In this document: positions 54,075 through 63,618 of the stretch, piece after piece | How the letters are laid out: each line of letters opens with the position of its first letter | Position numbering within the stretch: position 1 is the first letter of the stretch | Made by a program: the position numbers and the translations under genes | Source of the DNA: a virus | Direction: 5' to 3' (one strand) | IMG/VR virus record: IMGVR_UViG_3300015263_000599 | Span: 1 to 64,000 of that record | DNA length: 64,000 bases | Notes under the pieces: model-generated | What the model was told of the DNA's origin: nothing | The model's input: only the letters and a program-made list of their open reading frames with translations | Databases searched by the model: none

Positions 54075-54806
54075 ATGACTTCGGCAGATGGCAGAGGGCG
54101 AACGCTGTTCGAAATCCTCACCGGTCGAAACAAGAAAGACATGCGGCCTCTGGAATTCCAGTATCACAATCCACTGGAAGCCAAGGTCGGATGTACGATC
54201 AGTTTCGACCACGAACCTGAGATCAGCGGCATCAATTTTGTGATCGAGAAAATCTCGGTTTACAAGACGACGATTGACCGCAAAGACTTCTACCACACAG
54301 ACTATCACCTCAAGGGGATTAGCCTCGACCACAACAAACCGGTCAGAATGAGGCTGCGTCTGATTCCCGACGAGAACGTCATCGATCAACTCGGTCACAA
54401 GGTGCAGTTGATGTACCTGTACGACGAGGTGCCCTATGACGAAGGCTTGCACAAAACGGTGCTGGCCGATCCCTCGGGTGAGTTCTGGGTGAACTACGAC
54501 GATGAAGGCAACGAGCTTCAGGAGCCACGCACCTACTGGCGTGTCGGTTCCAACGAGCATTGCCCTTGTCCCGATCCTTACAGTGCTCGTTGCACTATCC
54601 TCTCAGACGTGGATGGCGACGGCACGGTCGAAGACGACGAACTGGAACACTACAGCACGACGTACTGGGAGTTCAGCCGCATGACTGACGACCAGAACGG
54701 ACAAGAGTTCGAAGAGTTCCTGACCGTCGAGATGAATGACGACTCTGGCTTCTTCACGTTCCTGCGTGGATCGGAAGTCAAGCCTTCTCAGATCATGGTG
54801 TTCTAA
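54075..54806 (+). CDS. Hypothetical acidic protein (DUF4178-like, tentative)
   Basis: MTSADG...; YWEFSR...FLTVEM...FLRGSEV. Confidence 0.7.
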   Translation: MTSADGRGRTLFEILTGRNKKDMRPLEFQYHNPLEAKVGCTISFDHEPEISGINFVIEKISVYKTTIDRKDFYHTDYHLKGISLDHNKPVRMRLRLIPDENVIDQLGHKVQLMYLYDEVPYDEGLHKTVLADPSGEFWVNYDDEGNELQEPRTYWRVGSNEHCPCPDPYSARCTILSDVDGDGTVEDDELEHYSTTYWEFSRMTDDQNGQEFEEFLTVEMNDDSGFFTFLRGSEVKPSQIMVF

Positions 54807-54828
54807 CAACGGCAGTAGCCGTCCCCAA

Positions 54829-54866
54829 AGGGGGCGCAGGCGACATCACCCTGCGTCCCCTTTTTC
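54829..54866 (+). terminator. Intrinsic terminator
   Basis: GGGGGCGCAGG...CCTGCGTCCCC-TTTTT. Confidence 0.7.
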
Positions 54867-54899
54867 ATTCAATGGAGGCTTACGTTCAGGGAGGAAGTC

Positions 54900-55934
54900 A
54901 TGGACGTACTATATTTGCTGGGCGGATCGTTCGCTGTTGGATTTCTGGCCTTCTCTGCCGTCACGGCCTTCAAGGCTTCTCGCCGCAAACCCGCCGTCGC
55001 TGTTCCCAAGGAAGAACCACTCATACTTGCTGGCGATGTGCCGCCTGAATTTCAGGCTGCTGCCTCTCGTATGGAAAATGTGGTTGTCCAATCAGAACCG
55101 GAACCAACCAAACAAGAAGAGGACAAGCCCAAGTTCGTCGATCCAAAATTTGGACTGCACGAATATCCTCCTCCTTTCCCCAACGGTTTCTTGCAGCTTG
55201 AGCACGGAGTCAACAAGATCAGGTTGTTGCCTCCAGTCAAAGGGCACCCATTCTTCGTGGCCCGACGCCAGCACTACAATTTGGAAGACAGGAAAAATTC
55301 TGTCGTCCAGTGCAACAAAGAGAAGGAGTCAGGCAAGGACTGGAAAGGGAACTGCCCCATTTGTGATGCGTGGAAGGCCCTCTGGAAAGAGGCTCAAGCC
55401 GCAGAAGAAAAGGGAAACTGGCAACGAGCCAATGAACTCAGCAGTCAAGCTCGCCAAATCAAGCCGGTCGAGCGGTATTACTACAACGCCATCGCCAGAG
55501 ACAGAGGAACTGGGCAGCCACAAATTCTGGCTGTTCCGAAGGCGATCCATCAAGAGATTGTTCGCATCGTCATTGGAGATGAAGAACAAGGCGAAGAAGG
55601 GTACGGCGACATTTCTGATGTTCATACTGGCCGAGACATCAAGATTATCAAAGAGACGCTGGGAAGATCTCAGTGGCCTCGCTACACAGTGATGCCGGTC
55701 TACAAAGAATCTGTGATCAGTGAATCTGTGGAAGCCGCCAACGAATTTCTGACCACTCTGTGGAATCTGGAAGCGGCAGCCCATTCATGGGAGAAGGATC
55801 AATCGATCATCCAGCGTGTCGCCGCAAGAGTCATGGCTCGTAGCAACGTCCAACAGCGAGAGAACGACGCCGAGTTGTGCGATGAAGAGTTTCTTGCTGA
55901 ATTGAACAATCTGTCTGCCAACTACCTTCAGTGA
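54900..55934 (+). CDS. Second gp32-like SSB paralogue with N-terminal transmembrane anchor
   Basis: IRLLPPVKG, CPICD..ALWK, KPVERYYYNAI, IH..IVRIVIGDE, DEEFLAEL match ORF 9024..10058; N-terminal hydrophobic helix. Confidence 0.85.
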   Translation: MDVLYLLGGSFAVGFLAFSAVTAFKASRRKPAVAVPKEEPLILAGDVPPEFQAAASRMENVVVQSEPEPTKQEEDKPKFVDPKFGLHEYPPPFPNGFLQLEHGVNKIRLLPPVKGHPFFVARRQHYNLEDRKNSVVQCNKEKESGKDWKGNCPICDAWKALWKEAQAAEEKGNWQRANELSSQARQIKPVERYYYNAIARDRGTGQPQILAVPKAIHQEIVRIVIGDEEQGEEGYGDISDVHTGRDIKIIKETLGRSQWPRYTVMPVYKESVISESVEAANEFLTTLWNLEAAAHSWEKDQSIIQRVAARVMARSNVQQRENDAELCDEEFLAELNNLSANYLQ

Positions 55935-56038
55935 AAGCTTTACCCGCCCTCTAAACTGTCATACAATGGCATAGGAGGGTTGATCGCACGTCGCACAGCC
56001 CCCGCAAACACGGGGGCTTTTTTGTTGGAGAGGTATGA

Positions 56039-57142
56039 ATGCTCACACGAGACAAGATCAAAGGTATGCTCATTGGCGGGGCCATCGGGGACGCATGGGG
56101 CATGGGCGTAGAGACTTGGACGCCCGAGAAGATCCTAGAAGTGCATCCCAATGGTCTTCCTCGTTTTGTTGCGCCCATCGGCCACAAGTGGTTCGATCCA
56201 GAAAAACATCCACCGGGAACCACCACCGACGACACACAACTCACAATTGCTACCATGCGGGGACTGCTGGATGGAAAGGCCGCTGCGGACCAGTCCCGCA
56301 GCTTCGATGATTTCATGGACGCCATCGCCAAAGCCCACTGCGAAGCCATGCAGGAAACGGATGCTGGGTGGGGCAACACAACCCGTGAGGCCATCAGGCG
56401 GCTCCAGAACGGCGTCAGTTGGCGTGTATCTGGCAAGACCAGTGAGCGGCATCGAGGCACCGGCAATGGCATCCCCATGAAGATCTCTCCACTCGGAGCG
56501 TGGTATGCGACCCCTTATGGGGCTGATCTTTGTGACGCAAAGCAGGGTTTCAATCAACGCTGCGTCGAATACTCGGCGATGACCCATTACACACAGATGT
56601 CGGCTCAGGCTGGAATCATCCATGCCCACGCCGTCTTCTTCTGTCTGTGGTCTTCGCCAGAGCGATTCCACCGTGACGACTTCTTCGATCTCGTTTCGGA
56701 TTGCGTCTGGGAATGGGGCGAAGGCAAAACAGAGGCAGATCGCAACGATCACACCTTCTACGATGTCTCGCACCTCAATGAGACCGAAGACAATCTGAAG
56801 GATCAGTTCGTCAAGTTGTGGCAGTTCCGGGACGAAATGACCGACGAGAAGATTCACGAACTCTTCGGTCCCGGCTCGTGCTATGTCTATGAGAGCCTGC
56901 CGTTCAGTTACGCATGGTTCTTGCGTGACTGGTCGTCAATGCAAATTTTGCAACGGGTCGTTGAGGCTGGGGGAGACACCGATACCAACGCCAAAATGGT
57001 CGGGGAAATGCTGGGAGCGTTGCACGGCATGTCCTTGTTCGAGCGAGAAGAAAACAAGTGGGCCATCGAAGATCTCGATGACACCGTTTACACGCTTGTC
57101 GATCTCGCCGACGAATTCTGTGACGCTTTCGGGATTGAATGA
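56039..57142 (+). CDS. ADP-ribosylglycohydrolase (DraG/ARH family)
   Basis: GAIGDAWG, TTDDTQ, GNGIPMK, MTH, GGDTDT..MVGEMLGA. Confidence 0.92.
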   Translation: MLTRDKIKGMLIGGAIGDAWGMGVETWTPEKILEVHPNGLPRFVAPIGHKWFDPEKHPPGTTTDDTQLTIATMRGLLDGKAAADQSRSFDDFMDAIAKAHCEAMQETDAGWGNTTREAIRRLQNGVSWRVSGKTSERHRGTGNGIPMKISPLGAWYATPYGADLCDAKQGFNQRCVEYSAMTHYTQMSAQAGIIHAHAVFFCLWSSPERFHRDDFFDLVSDCVWEWGEGKTEADRNDHTFYDVSHLNETEDNLKDQFVKLWQFRDEMTDEKIHELFGPGSCYVYESLPFSYAWFLRDWSSMQILQRVVEAGGDTDTNAKMVGEMLGALHGMSLFEREENKWAIEDLDDTVYTLVDLADEFCDAFGIE

Positions 57143-57327
57143 TGGAAGTCGGAGACAAGGTGGTCGATTCGCCGGTCGGATGCGGCCAAATCACAGATTT
57201 TACCGAACGAGGGTTTCCGAGAGTGAACCATGTGGCAGTCGCATGGCTCCAATTGGAGGATGGTCGAGTGTTCGACCCATGGGGTGCCCGCCAACAAAGC
57301 CTAGATCAAAATCCAGAAAATGGTTAG
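57139..57327 (+). CDS. Small hypothetical protein
   Basis: ATGA-coupled 62-aa ORF. Confidence 0.55.
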   Translation: MMEVGDKVVDSPVGCGQITDFTERGFPRVNHVAVAWLQLEDGRVFDPWGARQQSLDQNPENG

Positions 57328-57336
57328 AATGCACAC

Positions 57337-57624
57337 ATGAATGAACAACAACCACAAGGATGTGAGTTGTGCGACCGTGACAAACCTTTGACAGAACACC
57401 ATCTGATTCCCCGAGCGGTACATTCGAAGAAGAGATTCATCAACCGGTTCGGCAAGGAAGAAATGAAGAAGCGAAAGCTGATGTGTTGTAAGGAATGTCA
57501 TGACGGAATACACGACATCATCCCCGACGAGAAGGAGTTGGCCGACAAGTTTAACACGAAGGAACTCTTGATGGCCGATGAACGAATCCAGAAACACGTT
57601 GAATGGGCAAGGAAGCAGAAATGA
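57337..57624 (+). CDS. Small HNH-like Zn-finger protein (YisB-like)
   Basis: CELC...LTEHHLIP...CKECHDGIH. Confidence 0.8.
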   Translation: MNEQQPQGCELCDRDKPLTEHHLIPRAVHSKKRFINRFGKEEMKKRKLMCCKECHDGIHDIIPDEKELADKFNTKELLMADERIQKHVEWARKQK

Positions 57625-57914
57625 AGAAGCTGATTTTGATCGCCGCCTGTCTCGCCGTCGCCGGATGTAAGCAAGAGCCTGCGCCGCCACCGCCGAAACC
57701 GTCGATTGAAGTTGAGATGACGGACAACACCGAATGGACTGGAATGACGGTGTATTTCCGGCATCACACGGTTGGACAGCAGACTGGGCCATACGTCACC
57801 CTGAACACACCACAAGACATTCAGGATTACAAGAAACAAGTCGAGTTTCTCTTGAAGCGACTCGACGAAGCTGAAACGAAGATGAATATCCATGAGCCAG
57901 TTCAAGACCCGTGA
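57621..57914 (+). CDS. Lipoprotein
   Basis: MKKLILIAACLAVAG|C lipobox. Confidence 0.75.
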   Translation: MKKLILIAACLAVAGCKQEPAPPPPKPSIEVEMTDNTEWTGMTVYFRHHTVGQQTGPYVTLNTPQDIQDYKKQVEFLLKRLDEAETKMNIHEPVQDP

Positions 57915-58308
57915 CTTGAAGGTCGCATTTGGGATGGGGATGATGGTAGCCGTTTTCCTCAAGGCTTTCTTCTCCATCGCCTTCGGGACGGGTTTTGCGC
58001 CGATGCTGGTGGCTCTGAATGGAATAGGATTCATCATCGGATTGTTTCTTGCGGTGTGGGGAACCAGCGGGTCACGCTATCTCGGGCAAGTTGCCGCCGC
58101 ATCGCTCATGGCCCCGGTGTCCGCACTGTGGGCTCTTTACGTTTTCCAACATTACCCTTTGGGTATTCGGGACAAGGTGGACGGCCTGACGTATGCTTGG
58201 GTCCATCTGCAAGTTCATCGGGACTTGTACATTTTTCCGATCCTCATGTTCTCAGGAGCCTTATTGCTCGCTGCTTGGAAGCCAAAGTCAAATGAAACGG
58301 TTCAGTGA
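57892..58308 (+). CDS. 4-TM membrane protein
   Basis: Hydrophobic ORF. Confidence 0.7.
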   Translation: MSQFKTRDLKVAFGMGMMVAVFLKAFFSIAFGTGFAPMLVALNGIGFIIGLFLAVWGTSGSRYLGQVAAASLMAPVSALWALYVFQHYPLGIRDKVDGLTYAWVHLQVHRDLYIFPILMFSGALLLAAWKPKSNETVQ

Positions 58309-58999
58309 TCAAAAACGAGTTCTGCCAGCGTTCCCCCGAACGCCGCATCTTCCGTGGAGCCAAAACACAGAAGATGACGATCTCATTGCGGAACAAGCTG
58401 AACTTCAACCGTTGTTCGATAATCCGGTCAACGTCGAAGAGAAAATCGATGGTGCCAGCGTTGGTATGACATTCTGGCAAGGCCACCCCCTCATTCGTAA
58501 CCGTGACCACATACTTCGTAAGGGGTATGTGAAAGACACACCGGCGAAGAAGCAATTCGCCCCCATCTGGAACTGGTTCTACGATAACCAGAAAAAGTTT
58601 GAGTACATTCTGAGCCATGGGCCGCTTAGTGTGTATGGGGAGTGGATGGTCGCTCGCCACGGCATCTACTATGACCGGCTTCCAGATTTGTTCATCGCCT
58701 ACGATGTGTACAACTACGAGGCCGACTACTTCCTCTCGCCAACCATCGCTCGTCCAATGCTCGAAGAGTGCGGCTTCGCCATCCCTCGCCTGTTTCATCA
58801 AGGCGACCCCCTTCCCTCGGAACTTCCCGACTGGATCAACTCACAAGGGCAGTGGTGCGATAGCGTCGTAGAAGGTCTGTACTTCAAGGTTCACAATGGC
58901 GAACGAATCACTCACCGATTCAAACAAGTGAGTGATCAGTTTGTGCGTGGGCAGTTTTGGGACGGAAAGACGTTGCTCAAGAACGGAGTCGCCAAATGA
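58292..58999 (+). CDS. ATP-dependent RNA ligase family protein
   Basis: FPRTPHLPWS, EEKIDG (motif I), YGEW, FIAYDV, EGLYFK, RFKQV. Confidence 0.88.
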   Translation: MKRFSDQKRVLPAFPRTPHLPWSQNTEDDDLIAEQAELQPLFDNPVNVEEKIDGASVGMTFWQGHPLIRNRDHILRKGYVKDTPAKKQFAPIWNWFYDNQKKFEYILSHGPLSVYGEWMVARHGIYYDRLPDLFIAYDVYNYEADYFLSPTIARPMLEECGFAIPRLFHQGDPLPSELPDWINSQGQWCDSVVEGLYFKVHNGERITHRFKQVSDQFVRGQFWDGKTLLKNGVAK

Positions 59000-59574
59000 G
59001 CGATACTACCAGAAGAGTCATTCATCCCGATTGCTGCGAAGAGATGCGGAAATACCAATCCATCTCTCTTTCGCTTCCTGACTCCTTCTATGGTGGAGAT
59101 ATTGAGACACCGCCCATCTGGCGTGTGGCTGGTTGGCGATCTTTCCGCATCGACATGATTAAGGTCGAAAAGGATGGTCAAGTTGATTTCCAATGGCCCC
59201 CAGAGAAGGACTGGCCGGTTCCTGATGTCGATGATGAATTGACCCGATGGGCTTTTGAGGCCAAGTATTGTCCGTACTGTGGCGAACATGTGCCACCCAT
59301 CGTGCCTCGCACTATTTGCGTCCCAGAACGTATTGCGATCTGTTCTGATGGTGGGTACTATTGCGACACTTGTTCTGAGAGGCTCATGTGCTGTCAGTGC
59401 TATCCGCCGCAATGGCGTTGGATGCCATACAAGTATTACCCGGAGTTCGGTGACAACAAATTGTGTCGATGTGGACACCACTACTATCGACACTTCGATC
59501 CGTTCGACGATCCTCCCAACAGGGCTGTGGGATGCAAGTATTGCGATTGCCACATCTTTGAGGAACAAAAATGA
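58996..59574 (+). CDS. Cys-rich multi-Zn-finger hypothetical protein
   Basis: CPYCG, CDTC, CRCGH, CKYCDC. Confidence 0.7.
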   Translation: MSDTTRRVIHPDCCEEMRKYQSISLSLPDSFYGGDIETPPIWRVAGWRSFRIDMIKVEKDGQVDFQWPPEKDWPVPDVDDELTRWAFEAKYCPYCGEHVPPIVPRTICVPERIAICSDGGYYCDTCSERLMCCQCYPPQWRWMPYKYYPEFGDNKLCRCGHHYYRHFDPFDDPPNRAVGCKYCDCHIFEEQK

Positions 59575-60197
59575 GCATCAACATGACACAAGCGTTGGTA
59601 TTCGAAACCGACGACTTGCAATCGTTCGGAAAGTTGTTAGAACCTGTGTCTCAGATTCTCTTCGAAACGAAGAGCGGGAAGTACAAGCCGAAAGTGATCC
59701 TGAAGCCACCGAGCTATTGGGAAGACGGCCAGTACGAGGACTACGACCATCATTCTGCTCAGCCCATGATGTTGCCCATCATGGACACAGAGACAGATGT
59801 ACTTCTGGTCGAGCCATGTGCAACCTTCGGCGGGGCAACGCAACTGAAGGTTGTGGACAACGCCGCCACTCTCGATGAAGCGGCTCGCAAAGCTTGTGCC
59901 AAACGGCAAAAGCCACTGCCCAAAAGGCAGTGGATTTGTACAATTGAAAATTACGTCGAACAAAGGGACTTCAAACGAGGTGAGTATGTGTCGCCCAAGA
60001 ACCATCAGGAACTTGTGGGCGTCGTTCTGGAACTCTGTAGCAACGTAGACAAGGAGAAATTCCGCCATGATTTTGCCGACATAGAAGATCGCTACTTCGA
60101 TGGTAGCGTTGGTGTGGGCTATCGGATGCAATGGAGACCCAACGGAGGTTGGAATGTCCTCGACATTTCGATGGTCCATGCGTATTACGGAAAGTAA
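59571..60197 (+). CDS. Hypothetical phage protein
   Basis: C-terminal DGSVGVGY...HAYYGK. Confidence 0.75.
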   Translation: MSINMTQALVFETDDLQSFGKLLEPVSQILFETKSGKYKPKVILKPPSYWEDGQYEDYDHHSAQPMMLPIMDTETDVLLVEPCATFGGATQLKVVDNAATLDEAARKACAKRQKPLPKRQWICTIENYVEQRDFKRGEYVSPKNHQELVGVVLELCSNVDKEKFRHDFADIEDRYFDGSVGVGYRMQWRPNGGWNVLDISMVHAYYGK

Positions 60198-60241
60198 TGT
60201 CATGCCCTTTCGAGGAAGGGTCTACACGGAGGGGATACTCC

Positions 60242-60754
60242 ATGGGATTGTATCTGAGCCACTATGTCGGTCCCGTGCTGTTGGCAAAGCAGCACCCCGA
60301 GGAAGAGGACAGCAAATTCAAAGCCTGCTCAAACACTCAATGCGATTTATATCGCAAACCAGATCGAGCTAAAGGCAAACACTGTCACGAGTGCGGCAGT
60401 GAAATCAAAGAGTACAAAGGCAAACCCCAGCGAATCAAGAAGCCCAAGTGGTTCGATGTCCAAGAAGAACTGGTCCGCAACAGCCTGAACTCCGAAGCTC
60501 TCTGGTGCAACGACTTTGCTGAGACTCCTGAAGGGTTCGATGTTCTGCTCTTCCCCAACAACTATCTCGGAATCGAACCGCCGAGAGACTTTCAGCCCGA
60601 AAACGCATCGCACTGCACGACGCTTCTAAGTAGCGTCGATCCGAAGGGCGAGATCGCATGGTTCAAGACAACCTATGCGGCGCACATCAAGACGCTTACG
60701 CAACTCTATGATGAAGTTGTGGTCGAGTGGGGAGTGTTCAACTACCAAAGTTAA
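60242..60754 (+). CDS. Hypothetical protein with Zn ribbon
   Basis: CSNTQC...HCHECG; ATG 60242 with GGAGG RBS. Confidence 0.7.
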   Translation: MGLYLSHYVGPVLLAKQHPEEEDSKFKACSNTQCDLYRKPDRAKGKHCHECGSEIKEYKGKPQRIKKPKWFDVQEELVRNSLNSEALWCNDFAETPEGFDVLLFPNNYLGIEPPRDFQPENASHCTTLLSSVDPKGEIAWFKTTYAAHIKTLTQLYDEVVVEWGVFNYQS

Positions 60755-60756
60755 TG

Positions 60757-60785
60757 TTGACGACTCATTTCTGAGACGTTAGCAT
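60757..60785 (+). promoter_or_regulatory. Promoter TTGACG-N17-TAGCAT
   Basis: Direct reading. Confidence 0.55.
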
Positions 60786-60833
60786 TTATTGGTTGAGTTT
60801 TTCATTTCCGACACTTTCTGGAGGGATTCTCGC

Positions 60834-61952
60834 ATGACAACTACGCTGGAACCAATTCGTACAACTCTCGCAACACAACTGCCGCCGCCGACTGAAGCAA
60901 GTCGGCCCAAGTTCCATGAGGCGTATTGGGCCGTCCTCAACAACAGCCGCCTCAAACGCATCATCGATGGTTTGGAGCCAGCGACCAACTGGACCAATGC
61001 CATCAACGAAGATGTGGCGAATGCTCATCAGTTCATTCGCAACTTCGCCGCCGACATGTCCCGGATCACCGGGCGTCGAATGGACATCGAAGGCACCCAA
61101 CGGTTGTTCTCTGTCAAACAGCCAGAACACTCCTGCGGCAGCCTGAAGGAACGGCTGGAAAAGGTTCATTCCGAATTCGAGTCTTCGTTCCGATCCGCCG
61201 TGCTCGGGATGAAGAAGAACCTGAAATCCATTCGGGAGAAAGAGTGGGGCTTCATCAAGACGAAGAACCACTTCCTGCCGATCTCCAAGATCGAGATCAC
61301 CGGCACACCATCGACCGGCGAGACTCTGCTTGAGTCTGGCGGTGCTGTGGCTGGTTTCACGCACCTCGGCGTCGATCACGTCGTTCGCTCCATCCAGTTC
61401 GCCGAACCTTGCTTCAAGCCGGTGGACGACTTCACACGTTCGATTCCCAAGCACGCCCAGCGGAAGCTGAAGGTGCTGGAATCGACTCACTACGACTACG
61501 AGCCGAAGATCCTCGACGGCGTGCTGGTCTCCGAGAAGGAAGAACAGCGTGCTACGCCGTTCCAAGACTGGTGTGAGTGGATGCAAGACCCTGCTCTCGC
61601 CATCCGTATCGACGGCCCTACTCAGGGATCATACCGGGACGACACGGCTGCGGCCTTTGACCGCTATGCCATCGACTTCTGGCGTGAGCCCTATCAGGGC
61701 GATCTCCAGCGAACTTGGACATGGGCCAAGAACAACCCCATCATGAAGGCGTTGTTCGTCTGGATGCCGCTGGCCGTCGCCATGTTCTTCGTCGCCTTCG
61801 TGCTCGGCAAAATGCCATGGAATGCCGAGGCGTCGTTCCTCCAAGGAACCATCGGTGTTCTCGGTGTCCTCGCTATGCTGGGCGTGGTCATCGCCACGGT
61901 GATCAAGTGCTGGTCACACACTTATCTTCGCAACTGCCGCTGGCGGCTGTAA
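60834..61952 (+). CDS. Hypothetical protein with two C-terminal TMs
   Basis: ATG 60834 with GGAGAGG RBS; own promoter and terminator. Confidence 0.75.
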   Translation: MTTTLEPIRTTLATQLPPPTEASRPKFHEAYWAVLNNSRLKRIIDGLEPATNWTNAINEDVANAHQFIRNFAADMSRITGRRMDIEGTQRLFSVKQPEHSCGSLKERLEKVHSEFESSFRSAVLGMKKNLKSIREKEWGFIKTKNHFLPISKIEITGTPSTGETLLESGGAVAGFTHLGVDHVVRSIQFAEPCFKPVDDFTRSIPKHAQRKLKVLESTHYDYEPKILDGVLVSEKEEQRATPFQDWCEWMQDPALAIRIDGPTQGSYRDDTAAAFDRYAIDFWREPYQGDLQRTWTWAKNNPIMKALFVWMPLAVAMFFVAFVLGKMPWNAEASFLQGTIGVLGVLAMLGVVIATVIKCWSHTYLRNCRWRL

Positions 61953-61980
61953 GGTTGGGGGGTCGGAACTGGGGAAGACG

Positions 61981-62017
61981 AGCCCTCGGTGATGGGGATC
62001 ACCGGGGGCTTTTTATT
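61981..62017 (+). terminator. Intrinsic terminator
   Basis: AGCCCTCGGTGAT-GGGG-ATCACCGGGGGCT-TTTT. Confidence 0.75.
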
Positions 62018-63585
62018 TACCCTTCAAACGTGAGAGCAAAGCCTCTTCGGTTTTTGGCGTCGTTTAGAATCAATGTATGTCCGGTGCCAATTTTGTTCAT
62101 GTATCCGATGATATCGTTTCCAGCATCGGCGACATAAATCAGGTCGGTTGCCAGATCCAACGAAATGTCATCTGGGAGAGCCCACACATCGCTATCGACG
62201 GCAAAAGCGTTACTTCCATCGGTGTCCATTCTATAGATGTAGAAAGGGATTCCCACATAGATGTGGCCGTTGGCTAGGTCCAACGTGATGCCTCGCACAT
62301 TGTTGATCCCAGAATCTTTCACCACGGTTGGTGTGCCGCCAGCCGTACTGAGCTTCACCACCCTGCCCGTGCTGCTGTTGTTGGATTCCGTCCAATAGAC
62401 AATGCCGTCAGATCCAACTGCGATTCTTTTGAGTTGGAATACTGTGTTGGCAAACAAGGCGTCATTTGAACCATCCAGATCACATCGACGGATTTGAGTT
62501 CCTGTTCCATAGTAAAGCTTGCCATTCGCCAAATCTAAGGTGATGCCCAAAGGAGATGTTGTTGTAAGAAGAGTGACTTGTCCAGTGCCAGCAGTCGTGG
62601 CCCGGCGAATAGCTCCGGTGTCGTACTCACACCAATACAAGTAACCGTTTGTTGAATCCAGTGCGATCTCATCAATGTTGTTGACGCCCGAAATCAGGGT
62701 TGAGACCGAATACGATTCTGTCATTCTTTCCAAAATCAAATCATCGCTGTTAGCCATATACATGAGGATGTCGTTGGCGACAGCAACATGAGCCGTTCCT
62801 GCGGCCACTACGCCGCCAGAAGTAACTTCGTAGAATGGAGTCACAATAGCTTCGCCACCCACCACAACACCACCAGATGTCGGTGGTGTTGCTGTATAAG
62901 ACCGATCTGCCGCCCCAGCCGCCACGACGCCACCAGATGTTGGCATGTTGCTGATGAACAAGGCCGAACCACCAGCCACAACACCGCCGCCAACAGTGGT
63001 TTTTACTGTCACGCTGGCCGAACCACCGACCACGACGCCGCCAGATGGATACTCGTTGAAGGGTCGCACTTTGGCTTCGCCGCCGACCACAGCACCACCA
63101 GATGGATACGCATATTGGTTGTAAGGTGCGTGCCCGCCAGCTACGACGCCACCCTCTCGGCCCTTGTTGATCCACGATTCTTCAGCCGTGCCACCAACCA
63201 CGACGCCGCCCCGAGGGTAATCGGTCAGATACAGGCCGCAGACTCTTGGAACGCTCTGGAAGGCTTTGATCGTCTCCCGGACATTATCCTTGATGGCCCG
63301 TTGCTCAATCTTGATGATGATGTCGTATAACGTCACCAGATCGTCGAAGACATCTGAGCTATAGGTGGTCAGACGAACGCAGTTCTTGAAGAGATCGAGG
63401 TAGATCACCGAGTTGATTTTGGTGATGACGAAATCGTACTCGTACTTATCAGACGTGTATTGTGCAGGCTGGAGAGTTTTGCTCCATACCATACAACACT
63501 GCTCTGTGTTTTTGATGAGTTCGAGAAAGAGTCTTCTTTTGCGAACATTCTTGATTTCGACCAGATTGTTTTCAGCCATGCTCAC
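62017..63585 (-). CDS. Probable virion/surface protein: 8 GGVVxGG repeats plus YWTD-like beta-propeller
   Basis: SGGVVVGG.A repeats; GITLDLANGKLYY, IVYWTE, LYWCE propeller blades. Confidence 0.75.
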   Translation of the reverse strand: MSMAENNLVEIKNVRKRRLFLELIKNTEQCCMVWSKTLQPAQYTSDKYEYDFVITKINSVIYLDLFKNCVRLTTYSSDVFDDLVTLYDIIIKIEQRAIKDNVRETIKAFQSVPRVCGLYLTDYPRGGVVVGGTAEESWINKGREGGVVAGGHAPYNQYAYPSGGAVVGGEAKVRPFNEYPSGGVVVGGSASVTVKTTVGGGVVAGGSALFISNMPTSGGVVAAGAADRSYTATPPTSGGVVVGGEAIVTPFYEVTSGGVVAAGTAHVAVANDILMYMANSDDLILERMTESYSVSTLISGVNNIDEIALDSTNGYLYWCEYDTGAIRRATTAGTGQVTLLTTTSPLGITLDLANGKLYYGTGTQIRRCDLDGSNDALFANTVFQLKRIAVGSDGIVYWTESNNSSTGRVVKLSTAGGTPTVVKDSGINNVRGITLDLANGHIYVGIPFYIYRMDTDGSNAFAVDSDVWALPDDISLDLATDLIYVADAGNDIIGYMNKIGTGHTLILNDAKNRRGFALTFEG

Positions 63586-63618
63586 CTCGGTTGGACATGG
63601 TATTTACGGTTTGCATGG

